Positions 27,727 through 37,263 of a stretch of DNA of 46,696 nt are shown in pieces. The position numbers and the translations under genes are program-made. Origin of the DNA: Candidatus Fraserbacteria bacterium. GTDB taxonomy: Bacteria; Bipolaricaulota; Bipolaricaulia; RBG-16-55-9. The notes under the pieces were generated by a model. The model saw only the letters and a list, made by a program, of their open reading frames with translations. It searched no databases and was not told the origin of the DNA. The stretch is from NCBI GenBank assembly GCA_037442925.1, contig JBBIPG010000011.1, positions 1-46,696 of the forward strand. The letters are read 5' to 3'. Numbering within the stretch: the stretch's first letter is position 1; each line of letters opens with the position of its first letter.

Positions 27727-27748
27727 ATCGTTTTCCTCCTCCCTCCAT

Positions 27749-28459
27749 TCATATGAGTTCCGATAGCGTTCGTATGATGCGATCCGGTCGCACCGGGCTG
27801 GATTCAGGTAAACCCGAACCGGCAACATCGACCCAGATGCTGTAGATTCCTAGTCTTTGCGGTGCTGACACATCAAACTCAAGATGATCTCCAACCATCC
27901 AGGTCTCTTGTGGGATCACTTGGAGTTGGTCGAGCACATGTCGGTAGACACGCTCGTCCGGTTTTCCAACGCCAAACTCGCCTTCAATAAGAATGCAGTC
28001 AAAGAAGCGGGCAAGCCCAAATTTGTCGATCTTCGAACGTTGGAAGGCTGCATTGCCATTGGTGATGAGAGCCAGACGAAGACCACGATCTCGAAAAGAC
28101 CTCAAGGCATCCATGACACCATCAAAAGGCCTTACGGTGGCGTCACGCAAGTCTATGTAAGCCTGAGCGATCTCGGCAGCAAGTGGTGGATTATCAATTC
28201 CCATGCTCCCAAGGGCTGCGACAACGATCTCTCGTCGAGATGCATTCAAGTCGAGGCGACCTTGGCGGTGTCGCTCCGGGTCGCTCCAGTACCAGTTGGC
28301 ATATGCTCGAATGGTAGCCAGTAACTCGCCAGGTGTGCAGCCTACGTGCAGAGCGAATTGCTCGCTTACAGTTCTCCAGGAGCAACGTGCGCTCTCGGAA
28401 TCTGCAAGTATGGTGTCATCGAGATCGAGCAGAATGGCTTTGGGGCAGGGTTCACTCAT
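27749..28459 (-). CDS. HAD-superfamily hydrolase
   Basis: LDLDDT, LITNG, GKPD, MVGD..EFDV. Start overlaps the upstream stop. Confidence 0.92.
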   Translation of the reverse strand: MSEPCPKAILLDLDDTILADSESARCSWRTVSEQFALHVGCTPGELLATIRAYANWYWSDPERHRQGRLDLNASRREIVVAALGSMGIDNPPLAAEIAQAYIDLRDATVRPFDGVMDALRSFRDRGLRLALITNGNAAFQRSKIDKFGLARFFDCILIEGEFGVGKPDERVYRHVLDQLQVIPQETWMVGDHLEFDVSAPQRLGIYSIWVDVAGSGLPESSPVRPDRIIRTLSELI

Positions 28460-31085
28460 GCTTTCTGACCCATGCCTCTTCGGCTTGCAGCGCACGCACG
28501 GCTCGCGGCTTGATCTTGCGGTAGACCTGCTTTGGCGCACGCCGTTCGCCATCCACCATCAAGAGACGTTCCACGGGAATGCCAAACAGTCGCTCGTTCT
28601 CTTCTAAATAGGGCTTAATCACAGCCCAGTCTTGATCGCTCAAGTCGGCGAATTCTCCACCGTTCAGTTGATCTTCTGTCACTTTGCCATGAGGATCTCG
28701 AAGGTAAATGGCTCCACCCGAAGCCAAGGAGAAGAGATTGCCACCGGGATAGGGCGTATCTAGCTCAAGAATCTTGCCATCCTCATTGAACGTGATGCCA
28801 TTCAAGATGACAAAGCCGCCGCCGTTGAGCGGATCTCCCGCCATGAAAGATTCAGCCAGATAATCCAGACAAGTCCCGTTAATGACAACACGCGGCTTGC
28901 CCACGGCGTTAATCAGGGGCCGACCCGCCGCATTGCCCATGACGAACACATGCCCGCCCTTGGCCGCGTACATGAACGTCTGCCCCACGTCGCCATAGAC
29001 CACGAGCTTTCCGTCTTTCATGATCTGAGCCAGTTGATCTTGTGCGTTCCCGTGTACGTAGACTTCCGCGCCGTCGATACCCGAAGCCAGATAATCTCCT
29101 GAGGAGCCATAGACATCGATGCGAACACCGTGAGATTGCGGTCCTAGGCCATTGGCAATGAAACGATGCCCTTTGGCTTGGGCAATCAAAAATCTGCGAA
29201 AACCACGCTTGTAGTAGCGCACAATCTCCAACGACAGGGATTTCTCACCTTCCGGCGCGTAGCCCCGCGCATCGATCACCAGCGTCTGATCCTCACCCTT
29301 CGGCTCTGGGTGCGACCCAGAGACGCTTGTGTAGGCGAATGCCTCCGATGGAGATTTCTTGATCGACTCCACAATCGCTGCAAAACTCCGATCATAGAGC
29401 GCGAGCAGGCTACTCCGCCGCATTGACCCGGTGGGATACCGCTGATCCATCAGCAGTGTCAGCACTTCAATCGCTCGACCGCGATCACAATCTTTGTGTG
29501 CGGATGCTTCCAGTGCCTGGAGGAAGGCGATTACATCTTCATAATCGCAAGATACGAGGCGAGATTTCACATTTTCGAAGATATCTCGTGCTGTACCTTC
29601 AAGTTGAATAGGGGTATGAAGAGATCGGGAGCGACTCGCAGAAGCTCCGTTCACGCTGGCATATGGCTTTGCATTCTTGTTCACTTCAATGTGGCGACCG
29701 AACTTGTCGGTGCAGACAAGCTTTGCTTGACCTCCAGCCATGCTCTGGCCGTTGGGGTGGACTGTGAATATGAAAGCTCCGCCGTCCGTGTGGCTGCCGC
29801 CGCGCGCGTTCCAGTAGCGATCGGCTCGTCCCCAGAAGCGTGAATCTTCGTGGGCTAGGCTTTCCAATGCGGCATCAATCCCTTGCTTCTCCGAAGCCGC
29901 GAAGCCAATGGAAGGTGAAGCGGAGCTTCCCGCTTGGAGCGCGAAGACTTGCGGGCGCAGCATGCTCGTATCTGTAATGCCGATCAGCCGATACGCAACG
30001 GGTACCCCATTCTCAGGCACAGATTGGGCAATCAAGAAAAACCAGGGACCATCGGGTGAGCCGTGAATGTGCACAGTTTGCAGCAGCCGGTAGATGCGCT
30101 GCTTGTCAGGAGGCAAGAGTGCGAAATCCCGCTCTGTGGTAGGAGCCAAGGACTCGATGACATACTCCAGCGGATATCCATACGTGCGATGGAGCAAGTC
30201 AAAGACAAGCACGGAGACTTCCGTGTCTGTCAGAAAGAGCGGCTGAATATTTCGCTGTGCCAGATACGTACTAATCGAGGCATAATTGGCGAAGTCGCCG
30301 TTATGGACGAGAGCTTCGTGCAGTCCCACGAACGGGTGTGCGCCGCCGGGGTGCCAGACCTTGCCCTTCGTCGGATAACGATGATGCCCAATCCAGACGT
30401 GAGCATGAAAGTCTTCCAGCTTGTAGTAGCGAACGACATCATCACCGTAGCCCACCATCTTGAGCACAAGCAAATTTTTGCCGTGGGACAAGACGAACGC
30501 CCGTTTTTCGCCTGTGGACGCATAGTAGGCACGGTTCAAGCGATATGTGTTCTGGTAGACGATCTCGTCTTCAATACCCTGAGGAGAGAGCTTTTCCAGC
30601 TTGTGACTCTGCTTGAATTTCTCGAACACATCGCGTTTGACGCGCACAAAATAGTAATAAACGTCGGGCGGCTGAACCTCGAGCCCCTTAAGTTCTCGAA
30701 AATCTTTCAGTGTAGGCACATGCCCGACATGATCGACCTCGAACGTGGGCTGAATATGAGTCTCTTCCACTTCACTGCGCACAGAGGGATCGAGATACGC
30801 GATGGCGAGCAAATAGTCACGTTCGAGGATCTCTTGAGTGACGCCCAGCTCTTCGGGAATAAGCCCCACGGCTGCGATGCCGCCGCCCTTGCCGTTGCCG
30901 CGATTGCGCATCTGCGTGAGCGCTTGCAGTAGATGTCGCCCTGGGATCTTCGCACTGCATGCGATCCCGATGACGCCGCAGCCGCCCTCGGCTTCGGCTT
31001 TGTGCCTTGTGGGTATTTCGTCGGATGTGACCGGTAAGGCTTCTCTCGATGCAATCAACCGTGCGATAGAATCTCTGTCGTTCAT
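28452..31085 (-). CDS. Glutamate synthase subunit: Ntn amidotransferase + GXGXG beta-helix domain
   Basis: GG-CGVIG, HHRYPT, AHPF, HNGD, TDTE, DGP; C-terminal GSSGDYLASG..GNAAGR..MAG..GGAIY. Confidence 0.88.
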   Translation of the reverse strand: MNDRDSIARLIASREALPVTSDEIPTRHKAEAEGGCGVIGIACSAKIPGRHLLQALTQMRNRGNGKGGGIAAVGLIPEELGVTQEILERDYLLAIAYLDPSVRSEVEETHIQPTFEVDHVGHVPTLKDFRELKGLEVQPPDVYYYFVRVKRDVFEKFKQSHKLEKLSPQGIEDEIVYQNTYRLNRAYYASTGEKRAFVLSHGKNLLVLKMVGYGDDVVRYYKLEDFHAHVWIGHHRYPTKGKVWHPGGAHPFVGLHEALVHNGDFANYASISTYLAQRNIQPLFLTDTEVSVLVFDLLHRTYGYPLEYVIESLAPTTERDFALLPPDKQRIYRLLQTVHIHGSPDGPWFFLIAQSVPENGVPVAYRLIGITDTSMLRPQVFALQAGSSASPSIGFAASEKQGIDAALESLAHEDSRFWGRADRYWNARGGSHTDGGAFIFTVHPNGQSMAGGQAKLVCTDKFGRHIEVNKNAKPYASVNGASASRSRSLHTPIQLEGTARDIFENVKSRLVSCDYEDVIAFLQALEASAHKDCDRGRAIEVLTLLMDQRYPTGSMRRSSLLALYDRSFAAIVESIKKSPSEAFAYTSVSGSHPEPKGEDQTLVIDARGYAPEGEKSLSLEIVRYYKRGFRRFLIAQAKGHRFIANGLGPQSHGVRIDVYGSSGDYLASGIDGAEVYVHGNAQDQLAQIMKDGKLVVYGDVGQTFMYAAKGGHVFVMGNAAGRPLINAVGKPRVVINGTCLDYLAESFMAGDPLNGGGFVILNGITFNEDGKILELDTPYPGGNLFSLASGGAIYLRDPHGKVTEDQLNGGEFADLSDQDWAVIKPYLEENERLFGIPVERLLMVDGERRAPKQVYRKIKPRAVRALQAEEAWVRKHE

Positions 31086-31103
31086 CAGTCCCTCCTCCGG
31101 TTC

Positions 31104-31258
31104 CTACGCACTCTTGAACATCTGTTGCAGGAGAACGACCTGCCCCAAGTGATAGCTGTCATGCGCGATCACGCCAGAGACCGCTCTATACAACGGGTGA
31201 TACGCTTCCGGCAATCCCTTCCCAGAAGCTCGCGAATGATCAGGGCTTTCGTCTTCAA
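31104..31258 (-). pseudogene. DinB-family gene remnant
   Basis: One frame ends ...YRAVSGVIAHDSYHLGQVVLLQQMFKSA* (DinB H..YH.GQ motif). An SD plus TTG start (MKTKALIIRELL) is in a different frame. Confidence 0.6.
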
Positions 31259-32553
31259 TGGCTCTCCTTTCGATAGATCAGCAAATCTGTCCGCCCTCGT
31301 AGCTCACGGATATTTTTCAGCCCGAGTTTGCGCACGATGTCTTTGAGCTGAAACTCGATGGACTTGTAAAGATTGCTGATGCGTTCTGCACCCCACTCCG
31401 GATCCACCAGTTGAGAGAGTTCGGGATCTGTAGTTGTGAGTCCAAACGGACAACCCCGACCGCGCTCGCAATTGCTGCAACGTGTGCAGCCTAAAGCCAC
31501 GAGTTCTGCCGTGCCCAAGATACAGCCATCGGCTCCGAGTGCGATGGCCTTTGCGATGTCATGAGCTGTGCGAATCCCGCCGCTGGCCATGACTACGATC
31601 TCATCGCGAATCCCTTCCAGGATGAGATGCTTGTGCACCTTGGGGATCGCGAACTCGATGGGCATGGCAATGTTTTTCTTGGCAATCTCGGGGGCAGCGC
31701 CTGTGCCTCCATACGAGCCATCAATGTGAACGATGTGCGCTCCAGCGTAGTAACTGCCAACAGCCACCATGTCGATGTCTGTGGGAGTTGAGACTTTCAC
31801 AGAGACGAGTGCTTCTGGATTGACAGCCTTCACCCAGTCGATGTGCTTTTTGTGATCTTCGACAGAGTAAACAGAGTGGAAAGGAAAGGGCGAAAAGAGG
31901 CTTACCCAAGGCACGCTCTCCCGGATCTTGGCTACGGCCATGGTGGTCTTGTCACCCAGAAGATGCCCGCCGAGTCCTGGCTTGGCTCCCTGTGCATACT
32001 TAAACTCCACGATCGGCGCGTACTGAATGGTCTCTTCTCTGACGCCGAACATGCCCGTGGCGATCTGCGTGATCACGTGGTCTTTGTAGGCCACAAGCGA
32101 CTCCGGGTAGCCACCTTCACCGGTAGACGTAAACGTCTTCCACTCTTGAGCGGCTTTGGCACGGGCTAGCATAATACGCTCACTGATGGAGCCATAGGAC
32201 ATCCCTGCTCCGTAGAAGGGGATGGGGATCTCGATCTTCTTGTCAAACGCTCGCCGGTTGAGGGGGATGGTAAGATCTATAAAGGTGTTCTCCGCAAGCC
32301 ATTGATCTTTCGGGAGGAACTTGAAGTCGAGCACATCGAAGCCGCCGCCGGAGTTGCCGACGCGATACTCAAGTCCATTGCTGGGAGGTCTTCCGGTCTC
32401 TGCCTGCACCCACGTGGAGTAGATGAGATCCGCCGTCCAACGAGAATCTCCCAAAGCCGGCATCACCCCGAACTCCAGAGTTGGCCAGACGTGAAAGCCT
32501 CGATGCAGCGCTTCCATGTGTTTCTCTATGATGAGTTCGTCTGCTGTCTTCAT
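31255..32553 (-). CDS. Glutamate synthase FMN-binding subunit (archaeal GltB2-like)
   Basis: MSYGSIS, STGEGG, QGAKPGLGGHL, SPFPFH..YSVED, GGTGAA, SGGIR, CTRCSNCERGRGCP.G. Confidence 0.92.
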   Translation of the reverse strand: MKTADELIIEKHMEALHRGFHVWPTLEFGVMPALGDSRWTADLIYSTWVQAETGRPPSNGLEYRVGNSGGGFDVLDFKFLPKDQWLAENTFIDLTIPLNRRAFDKKIEIPIPFYGAGMSYGSISERIMLARAKAAQEWKTFTSTGEGGYPESLVAYKDHVITQIATGMFGVREETIQYAPIVEFKYAQGAKPGLGGHLLGDKTTMAVAKIRESVPWVSLFSPFPFHSVYSVEDHKKHIDWVKAVNPEALVSVKVSTPTDIDMVAVGSYYAGAHIVHIDGSYGGTGAAPEIAKKNIAMPIEFAIPKVHKHLILEGIRDEIVVMASGGIRTAHDIAKAIALGADGCILGTAELVALGCTRCSNCERGRGCPFGLTTTDPELSQLVDPEWGAERISNLYKSIEFQLKDIVRKLGLKNIRELRGRTDLLIYRKESH

Positions 32554-32563
32554 GCTTCTCCTT

Positions 32564-34003
32564 CTAGCTGCTATACCTCTCGATTTCAGAGAATGCCTCG
32601 CGTTCCAGATCCACTTGGAACATCGCCCGTCCCACTTCGCCCCGCAGACGCCGAACTTCCCTCAGCCCCATGGCTCCCAATACTTCCAGCAGTTGATCTC
32701 GCCACGAGGCCATCAAGTTCTTGAGTCGTTGTATGCCCCATTCGACGTTGAACCTTTTGGGCAGTCGAACCCGGCTGGTCTCGGGATCGACACACTCGCC
32801 TTCCATTCTGGCCTGCAATGCCACAAGAAGAGGCATATCGAGCGCTACCACGTCTAATCCACAGATGATCGCTTTCGGCACATGCTCGGCAGCGGCGATT
32901 CCACCACTGCCGATGAGCGTCACCTCTTCGCGAATTCCCTCTTTGACCAGTGCCTGATGCACCTCTCGGATCATGTCCAGAACGAATCTTCCATCGCGCC
33001 CACTCCCGTGGTAATTCGCCGCCAAGTGCAAGAGGCGTATACCACGATGCACATACGAGAGAATGTCGTCATCAAAGGCACATCGTAGAGCGATCAGGCT
33101 CTGCGGGAAGCGCTCTCGAATCGCGTCATAGAGGTCTTTGTCCCACGGCATCATTTCCAGCAGCCGAGGCGCAACGCTGAGCTTTTGTAGAACGTCACGC
33201 TCCGAGGGAGAGATCAACGGGACGATCTCCGGTCCCTCAAGCTCATGCCGGACGAGCTGTGAGGCTGGCACGATGGTCAGTGTCTCCAGCTCGCGGGCCG
33301 CACGACTGAGTGCGATGAACAGCGCTTGGGATTGAGCGGAGATCGGTGGCACATCGAAGACCACGGGGAGCGGAATAGAAAGCGTACGCGGGACGGCACT
33401 CTGTGGCATTCCGTGCTCATCAAACTCAAGAAACGATGGCTTCTCACCGATGTCTACAGCGGTGGAGATGTACTCACGCCCGTGGATGCCGTCACGCGTC
33501 GGGCGCACGATCTCGGACATATCCGTCCACATGCCATCCCAGCCGGGGCCACCAAATTTGCCTCGATACCCTGCGCCCTTCACGGGAACTCTTCCGCTGC
33601 GCGACTCATAGACTATCGTGTCTACAAAGTCAGGAGTGATGAACGAATCGCCCAACTTCGCTCGCTCGGGATTGGGGTAGACTGTGACCATCTCAGGGTA
33701 CTGAGTGGTGCAGCGTAGACATCCCACGCACAGGTGATCCCGAGGCGCAAAGCCCCCCACTGGCCCTGAAAAGACGCCGTACACGCAGGGTCGGCTCAAG
33801 ACCACTTCTTTATTGCCACGGTAGTGGATGAGTTCTTTAAGCAATAGCAGTGCTAAACGATGTTTCTTCACTTCAACACGAAAACGGCTGGGATGAGGCA
33901 CGATGTCTTCGGCGGATCTGGTCTCGATGTGATAGCGATGATACGGCTCAGTAGATGAAAGGGACGAAATGGTTTTGACTTCTCTCAGTTCAACCTTGGC
34001 CAT
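32564..34003 (-). CDS. Glutamate synthase-related protein (Fe-S motif + degenerate FMN barrel)
   Basis: CVGCLRC, GAGYRG.F.G.GWD.MWTDMSEIVRPTRDG, GSGGI..AEH..KAI.CG.D, LGAMG. Confidence 0.8.
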   Translation of the reverse strand: MAKVELREVKTISSLSSTEPYHRYHIETRSAEDIVPHPSRFRVEVKKHRLALLLLKELIHYRGNKEVVLSRPCVYGVFSGPVGGFAPRDHLCVGCLRCTTQYPEMVTVYPNPERAKLGDSFITPDFVDTIVYESRSGRVPVKGAGYRGKFGGPGWDGMWTDMSEIVRPTRDGIHGREYISTAVDIGEKPSFLEFDEHGMPQSAVPRTLSIPLPVVFDVPPISAQSQALFIALSRAARELETLTIVPASQLVRHELEGPEIVPLISPSERDVLQKLSVAPRLLEMMPWDKDLYDAIRERFPQSLIALRCAFDDDILSYVHRGIRLLHLAANYHGSGRDGRFVLDMIREVHQALVKEGIREEVTLIGSGGIAAAEHVPKAIICGLDVVALDMPLLVALQARMEGECVDPETSRVRLPKRFNVEWGIQRLKNLMASWRDQLLEVLGAMGLREVRRLRGEVGRAMFQVDLEREAFSEIERYSS

Positions 34004-34008
34004 GGCTT

Positions 34009-34037
34009 ACTATAGCACAACGATGAGAGATTGGCAA
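34009..34037 (-). promoter_or_regulatory. Sigma70 promoter for the glutamate synthase operon (leaderless)
   Basis: Minus-strand TTGCCA-17-(TGc)TATAGT, 5 nt before ATG 34003. Confidence 0.65.
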
Positions 34038-34046
34038 GCAATGTAG

Positions 34047-34104
34047 ATATATTTCTAATTCAGTGCTCAAATACTAACAACTATATTATAAATTAGACAT
34101 ATAT
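34047..34104. repeat. AT-rich 14-bp inverted repeat, candidate regulator site
   Basis: ATATATTTCTAATT (34047-34060) and AATTAGACATATAT (34091-34104): 13/14 complementary, 30-bp spacer. Confidence 0.5.
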
Positions 34105-34161
34105 GTGGACAAACGTTGTTTCAGCGGTCTCATCCAGCAGGTTGGAACATCTGCGGGTGAT

Positions 34162-35202
34162 TCACAAGGAGTAGTCCTCTTCGCTGGCTTCTTCCAGAAA
34201 TGCCGCCAGAAGCTTGATTGCTGCTTCAATGTCGCGCCTGTGTGCGCATTCGACTACAGAGTGCAAGTACCGCGTGGGGATGGAAATCGTGATGGCCGCC
34301 ACACCTTCTCTGGTGAGCTGCATCGCCCCCGCGTCGGTGCCTCCCCGAGGCAGGATTTCCAGTTGATAAGGGACCTTGCGCTTCTCTGCGATCTGCCGGA
34401 AGCGGCGCACGAGCTTGGGATTGGAGATGGAGAGAGAGTCCTTGATTTTGATGGCCACACCCTTCCCTAGCTTGGTCACGTGCTCCGTCTCTTGAGCTCC
34501 GGGGACATCGCCCGCCACCGTCACATCGAGCGCGATCCCAATGTCGGGAGAGATGCCGTAGCTGGAAACCCGCGCTCCACGAACGCCGACTTCCTCTTGA
34601 GTCGTTGCGACAGCGTAGATGTCGGCTTTGTGTCTTTTCACGCGTCGGACGGCCTCGATCATCACGTAGACGCCGACCCGATCGTCCAACGCTTTGCCAC
34701 TCACGAGCTCTCCCATCTCCACGAAGTCTTGACGCAAAGTGACGAAATCTCCCACCTGGACACGCTTTTTCACTTTCTCGCTCGGAAGCCCCAAATCAAT
34801 GAAGAGATCCTTGATTTCGAGCGGCTGCTTTCTCTCCTCCTCCGACAAGAGGTGCACGGGTTTGGAGCCGATGGTGCCCACAAGATCCCCCGAATCCGTG
34901 TGCACGACCACACGCTGGGCCAGGAGCACCCTGGGGTCAAACCCGCCCATGGGGTCAATCTTCAGGAAACCCGTCTTCTCATCCACGTGGCTCACCAGAA
35001 AGCCGATCTCATCCATGTGAGCGGCCAGCATCACTTTCGGGCCGCCTCGTCCTCTCTTCAAGGCAATGATGTTCCCTAAGATGTCGGTCTTCGTTTCATC
35101 TGTCAGGGTTTTCAGCTCTTGAAGAACGATGTGGCGCACCGCTTCCTCGCGACCGGGAACCCCAGCGACTTCCGAAAGTCTTTTCAGCAGTTCCATAGTC
35201 AT
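34162..35202 (-). CDS. M42 family aminopeptidase (TET-like)
   Basis: AAHMDEIG, KALDDRVG, QEEVG.RGA, DVT, GGTDAG, PTRYLHS. Confidence 0.95.
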   Translation of the reverse strand: MTMELLKRLSEVAGVPGREEAVRHIVLQELKTLTDETKTDILGNIIALKRGRGGPKVMLAAHMDEIGFLVSHVDEKTGFLKIDPMGGFDPRVLLAQRVVVHTDSGDLVGTIGSKPVHLLSEEERKQPLEIKDLFIDLGLPSEKVKKRVQVGDFVTLRQDFVEMGELVSGKALDDRVGVYVMIEAVRRVKRHKADIYAVATTQEEVGVRGARVSSYGISPDIGIALDVTVAGDVPGAQETEHVTKLGKGVAIKIKDSLSISNPKLVRRFRQIAEKRKVPYQLEILPRGGTDAGAMQLTREGVAAITISIPTRYLHSVVECAHRRDIEAAIKLLAAFLEEASEEDYSL

Positions 35203-35267
35203 TACGAATCCATCCTCTCTCACATAGGTTGGGATGCTCCGTTTATAGAACAGAGAATGCACCCATG

Positions 35268-35762
35268 TCAATCGGTCTCACGCCGCATAAGACGAAACAC
35301 TTGGCTCAAACAGACGATAGCGAGTACCCCCAAGACGAGATCCCACCAGAATCCAAGATGAACGCGCACCCCCAAGGCCACTCCACCCAGCAGCAAACCC
35401 AAGCCTGCAACGATGAGCAGCCGCTCCAGGTGTGCCCGCTTCAGTGCAAGCTCTCCCTGGACGTGCCCGGCCTCCCTCAGACGACTAGCGGAACCATCCA
35501 GATCCCAAGCCACTAGAGCCAAGATCATGCTCACCAGCATCCAGCCAGCAGGCAGACCTTGCCAAATGCCAAAACCTGCCGCACTCACGAAAGCAATCAG
35601 ACCTACCGAAGCCGCCCCATTCCAATCCCGCCACGCCCCCATCAACCAGAGAATCCCAACGGCTGCTACCACGAGAGCCCAGATGAGAGAAGCCCCCAGC
35701 ACATACGCGATGAACAGTGAGAGAGCGGCTAAGCCAATGCTCAGTAGGGCAAGCGTTCTCAT
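35268..35762 (-). CDS. Integral membrane protein (unknown function)
   Basis: About six hydrophobic segments; ATG overlaps the DUF58 stop. Confidence 0.75.
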   Translation of the reverse strand: MRTLALLSIGLAALSLFIAYVLGASLIWALVVAAVGILWLMGAWRDWNGAASVGLIAFVSAAGFGIWQGLPAGWMLVSMILALVAWDLDGSASRLREAGHVQGELALKRAHLERLLIVAGLGLLLGGVALGVRVHLGFWWDLVLGVLAIVCLSQVFRLMRRETD

Positions 35763-37045
35763 GAAACACCTCGTAGGGGACGAAACCAGATGCGTGTGCG
35801 GCTTAAGGCCGCATGCACCGCTTGATGAAAGGGAGCCTCCACGTTCCAATCTAAGATGTAAGCACCTGCTTGTCGGAGCCTGCGGAGTAGGAGCTGGCGC
35901 TCCAAGCGGGCGATGCGGGCAGCCAGTTCGATGTCCTCTCCGGTCTGCAACGTCTTCTGCTCGAAGGAGATGGGATCAGGACTGATGATCAACAACGGAT
36001 ATCCCTGCGCGCGGAGCTTGATGAGCATATCCAGATCTTCTTCTACCAGTGGGCTGACCAGAATCAACTGGGATCGAGGGGGAAAGAGGCGCGTTGGTAC
36101 ATAATCCAAACCCTCAAAGACCAGGCTATGTCCCTGCACGGCCCGCGCCAAAGCGCGCAGGATCTTCTCCCTCTGGATCTTGCCGTATCCGGGGAAGGTC
36201 CAATCCAGATGTCCTCCGTAGATGAGTAACCCGACTCGATTTCCGCCACTTAAGAAGGCATCAGCGAGAGCGGCCGTCGCCTGGATCGCATGTTCAAAGA
36301 GCGAGCCTTCTCTGGAGATGATATCGCTTCTCTGGCGCGCATCGAGGATCAAGCCCACGTCAGCGACACGCTCCTGCTCAAATTCGTTGATGAAGAGGGT
36401 TTCCGGATGGCGAGCGCTGGCCTTCCAGTTGACCCACCGGAGCGCATCCCCCGGCTGGTATCCCCTCACGCCGAAGAACTCTACGCCGGGGCCCCCTTGT
36501 CGCGTGGGGATGAGGCCAGAATACACGCGCGTTCGACGCGGCCGAATCTCGACGCGTCGCAGTCGAATCACTTCGGGTAGAACGAAGAGCTGACCAGGTG
36601 CCTCCCACATCGCTTGCTTAGCGAATAACCCCAGATGTTCGCTGGCTGTAGCCCGAACTCCAGGAAAGCGATAATAGCCGCGCTCTCCACTCAGCCTGTA
36701 TTGCAGACGGATCGTTTCACCGGGCTGAAGAGAGGCCAGTATCTTTGGCTTTCCGTCGATCAATCTCAAGGAGGAGGGGACCAAATCTTCCATCAGAATC
36801 TCTTCGAGCTGGGAACCTTCATTGGTGACCGAAAGTTTTATGGTCACGGGTTCGCCCGCAGAAGCACGATCGGCGCTCAGGTTCCGGGTGACTTTCAGTT
36901 GGAGTGCTTCCGGTTCATAAAGAAAGCCTGCACCAAGATAGATTAAGAGAGGAATCGTAAGAGCGAGCCATGCGCCGCTGAGTGTAGCGAGTCCCACCAG
37001 GATCAGGCCGAGGATGAGAGAACTTAAGAGCAAGAGTCGGTTCAT
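35759..37045 (-). CDS. DUF58 (vWA-like, MoxR-associated) protein
   Basis: EFFGVRGYQPGDALRWVNWKASAR, EFEQE, LILD, GNRVGL. Confidence 0.92.
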   Translation of the reverse strand: MNRLLLLSSLILGLILVGLATLSGAWLALTIPLLIYLGAGFLYEPEALQLKVTRNLSADRASAGEPVTIKLSVTNEGSQLEEILMEDLVPSSLRLIDGKPKILASLQPGETIRLQYRLSGERGYYRFPGVRATASEHLGLFAKQAMWEAPGQLFVLPEVIRLRRVEIRPRRTRVYSGLIPTRQGGPGVEFFGVRGYQPGDALRWVNWKASARHPETLFINEFEQERVADVGLILDARQRSDIISREGSLFEHAIQATAALADAFLSGGNRVGLLIYGGHLDWTFPGYGKIQREKILRALARAVQGHSLVFEGLDYVPTRLFPPRSQLILVSPLVEEDLDMLIKLRAQGYPLLIISPDPISFEQKTLQTGEDIELAARIARLERQLLLRRLRQAGAYILDWNVEAPFHQAVHAALSRTRIWFRPLRGVS

Positions 37046-37195
37046 GTTTGCATCTTAAACCTCACTCGCGACCTTGTGCTACCCCTAGAGGAGCGGCTAG
37101 CGGCTAGCTCGACGCCTGCCATTCTGGGCTTTTGCGATCGGCTTAGGTGTGTTGAGTCTGGTGGCAGCGTTGATTCGGTAAGCGCAAGCTCGGAC

Positions 37196-37224
37196 TTGTA
37201 TCTGCTTCCCTCACTCCATAAAAT
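37196..37224 (+). promoter_or_regulatory. Sigma70 promoter for the fused dehydratase
   Basis: TTGTAT-17-TAAAAT. Confidence 0.55.
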
Positions 37225-37263
37225 GAGGGCTCAATCTTAGTGATGATGGCAGGTGGATGGCGC

